Positions 63,911 through 64,000 of a stretch of DNA of 64,000 bases are shown here, piece after piece. The notes beneath the pieces are model-generated. The model saw only the letters and a program-made list of their open reading frames with translations. It was not told where the DNA came from and did not search any database. Position 1 is the first letter of the stretch. Every line of letters begins with the position of its first letter. The translations under genes and the position numbers were made by a program. Source of the stretch: a virus; IMG/VR virus record IMGVR_UViG_3300048597_000118, positions 37,170 to 101,169 of that record. The stretch is one strand, 5' to 3'.

Positions 63911-64000
63911 ATGGACGGCAAAGAAGTAATAAAAGTCCGCGCGCAAATTGGAAACATGGTGTGGGTTGGGTCAGATGGTCAATCTTCTTCCCTACGGCTT
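63911..64000 (+). CDS. Partial CDS running off the window
   Basis: GAGG RBS, ATG 63911 (MDGKEVIKVRAQIG...); TGCTATAAT upstream at ~63849. Confidence 0.5.
   Translation, partial: MDGKEVIKVRAQIGNMVWVGSDGQSSSLRL

Overview
This window is 64 kb of a large contractile-tailed (myovirus-type) phage genome. The host is probably a cyanobacterium, inferred from the style of the IS200/IS605 remnant. Bases 1-15.5 kb are a minus-strand virion operon: portal, Mu-type protease/scaffold, major capsid, decoration, head-tail adaptor, tail completion, 1199-aa sheath, tube and a partial baseplate hub. Bases 15.7-16.8 kb are an IS605-like element whose tnpB body is replaced by a NUMOD4-HNH gene, while the omegaRNA-type 3' segment and both ends remain. 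Bases 16.8-36.9 kb hold a tail assembly chaperone with an in-phase lambda-type G GGA AAG -1 frameshift, followed by a 5173-aa gene in the tape-measure position that carries two PLD-type HxK motifs and a DYDGD RNA-polymerase-like motif. Bases 36.8-41.6 kb are small hypothetical genes. Bases 41.9-61.9 kb are an array of terminator/promoter/gene cassettes sharing a strictly spaced TG-N9-RCCG(G/C)T motif, often overlapping a co-varying triloop hairpin. This array also contains a ~3400-aa protein with two-barrel RNAP motifs (RSP, DSDGD) fused to a RecD/Pif1-like helicase, and several structured non-coding RNAs including tRNA-shaped ones. Bases 62.1-63.6 kb encode a PolA-superfamily (TV-Pol-like) polymerase. 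The best candidate novel system is a self-contained phage transcription programme: a tape-measure-fused, PLD-bearing virion RNAP, a helicase-fused non-virion RNAP, and their own promoter cassettes and ncRNAs. All protein calls come from motifs and synteny read by eye; no database search was run.
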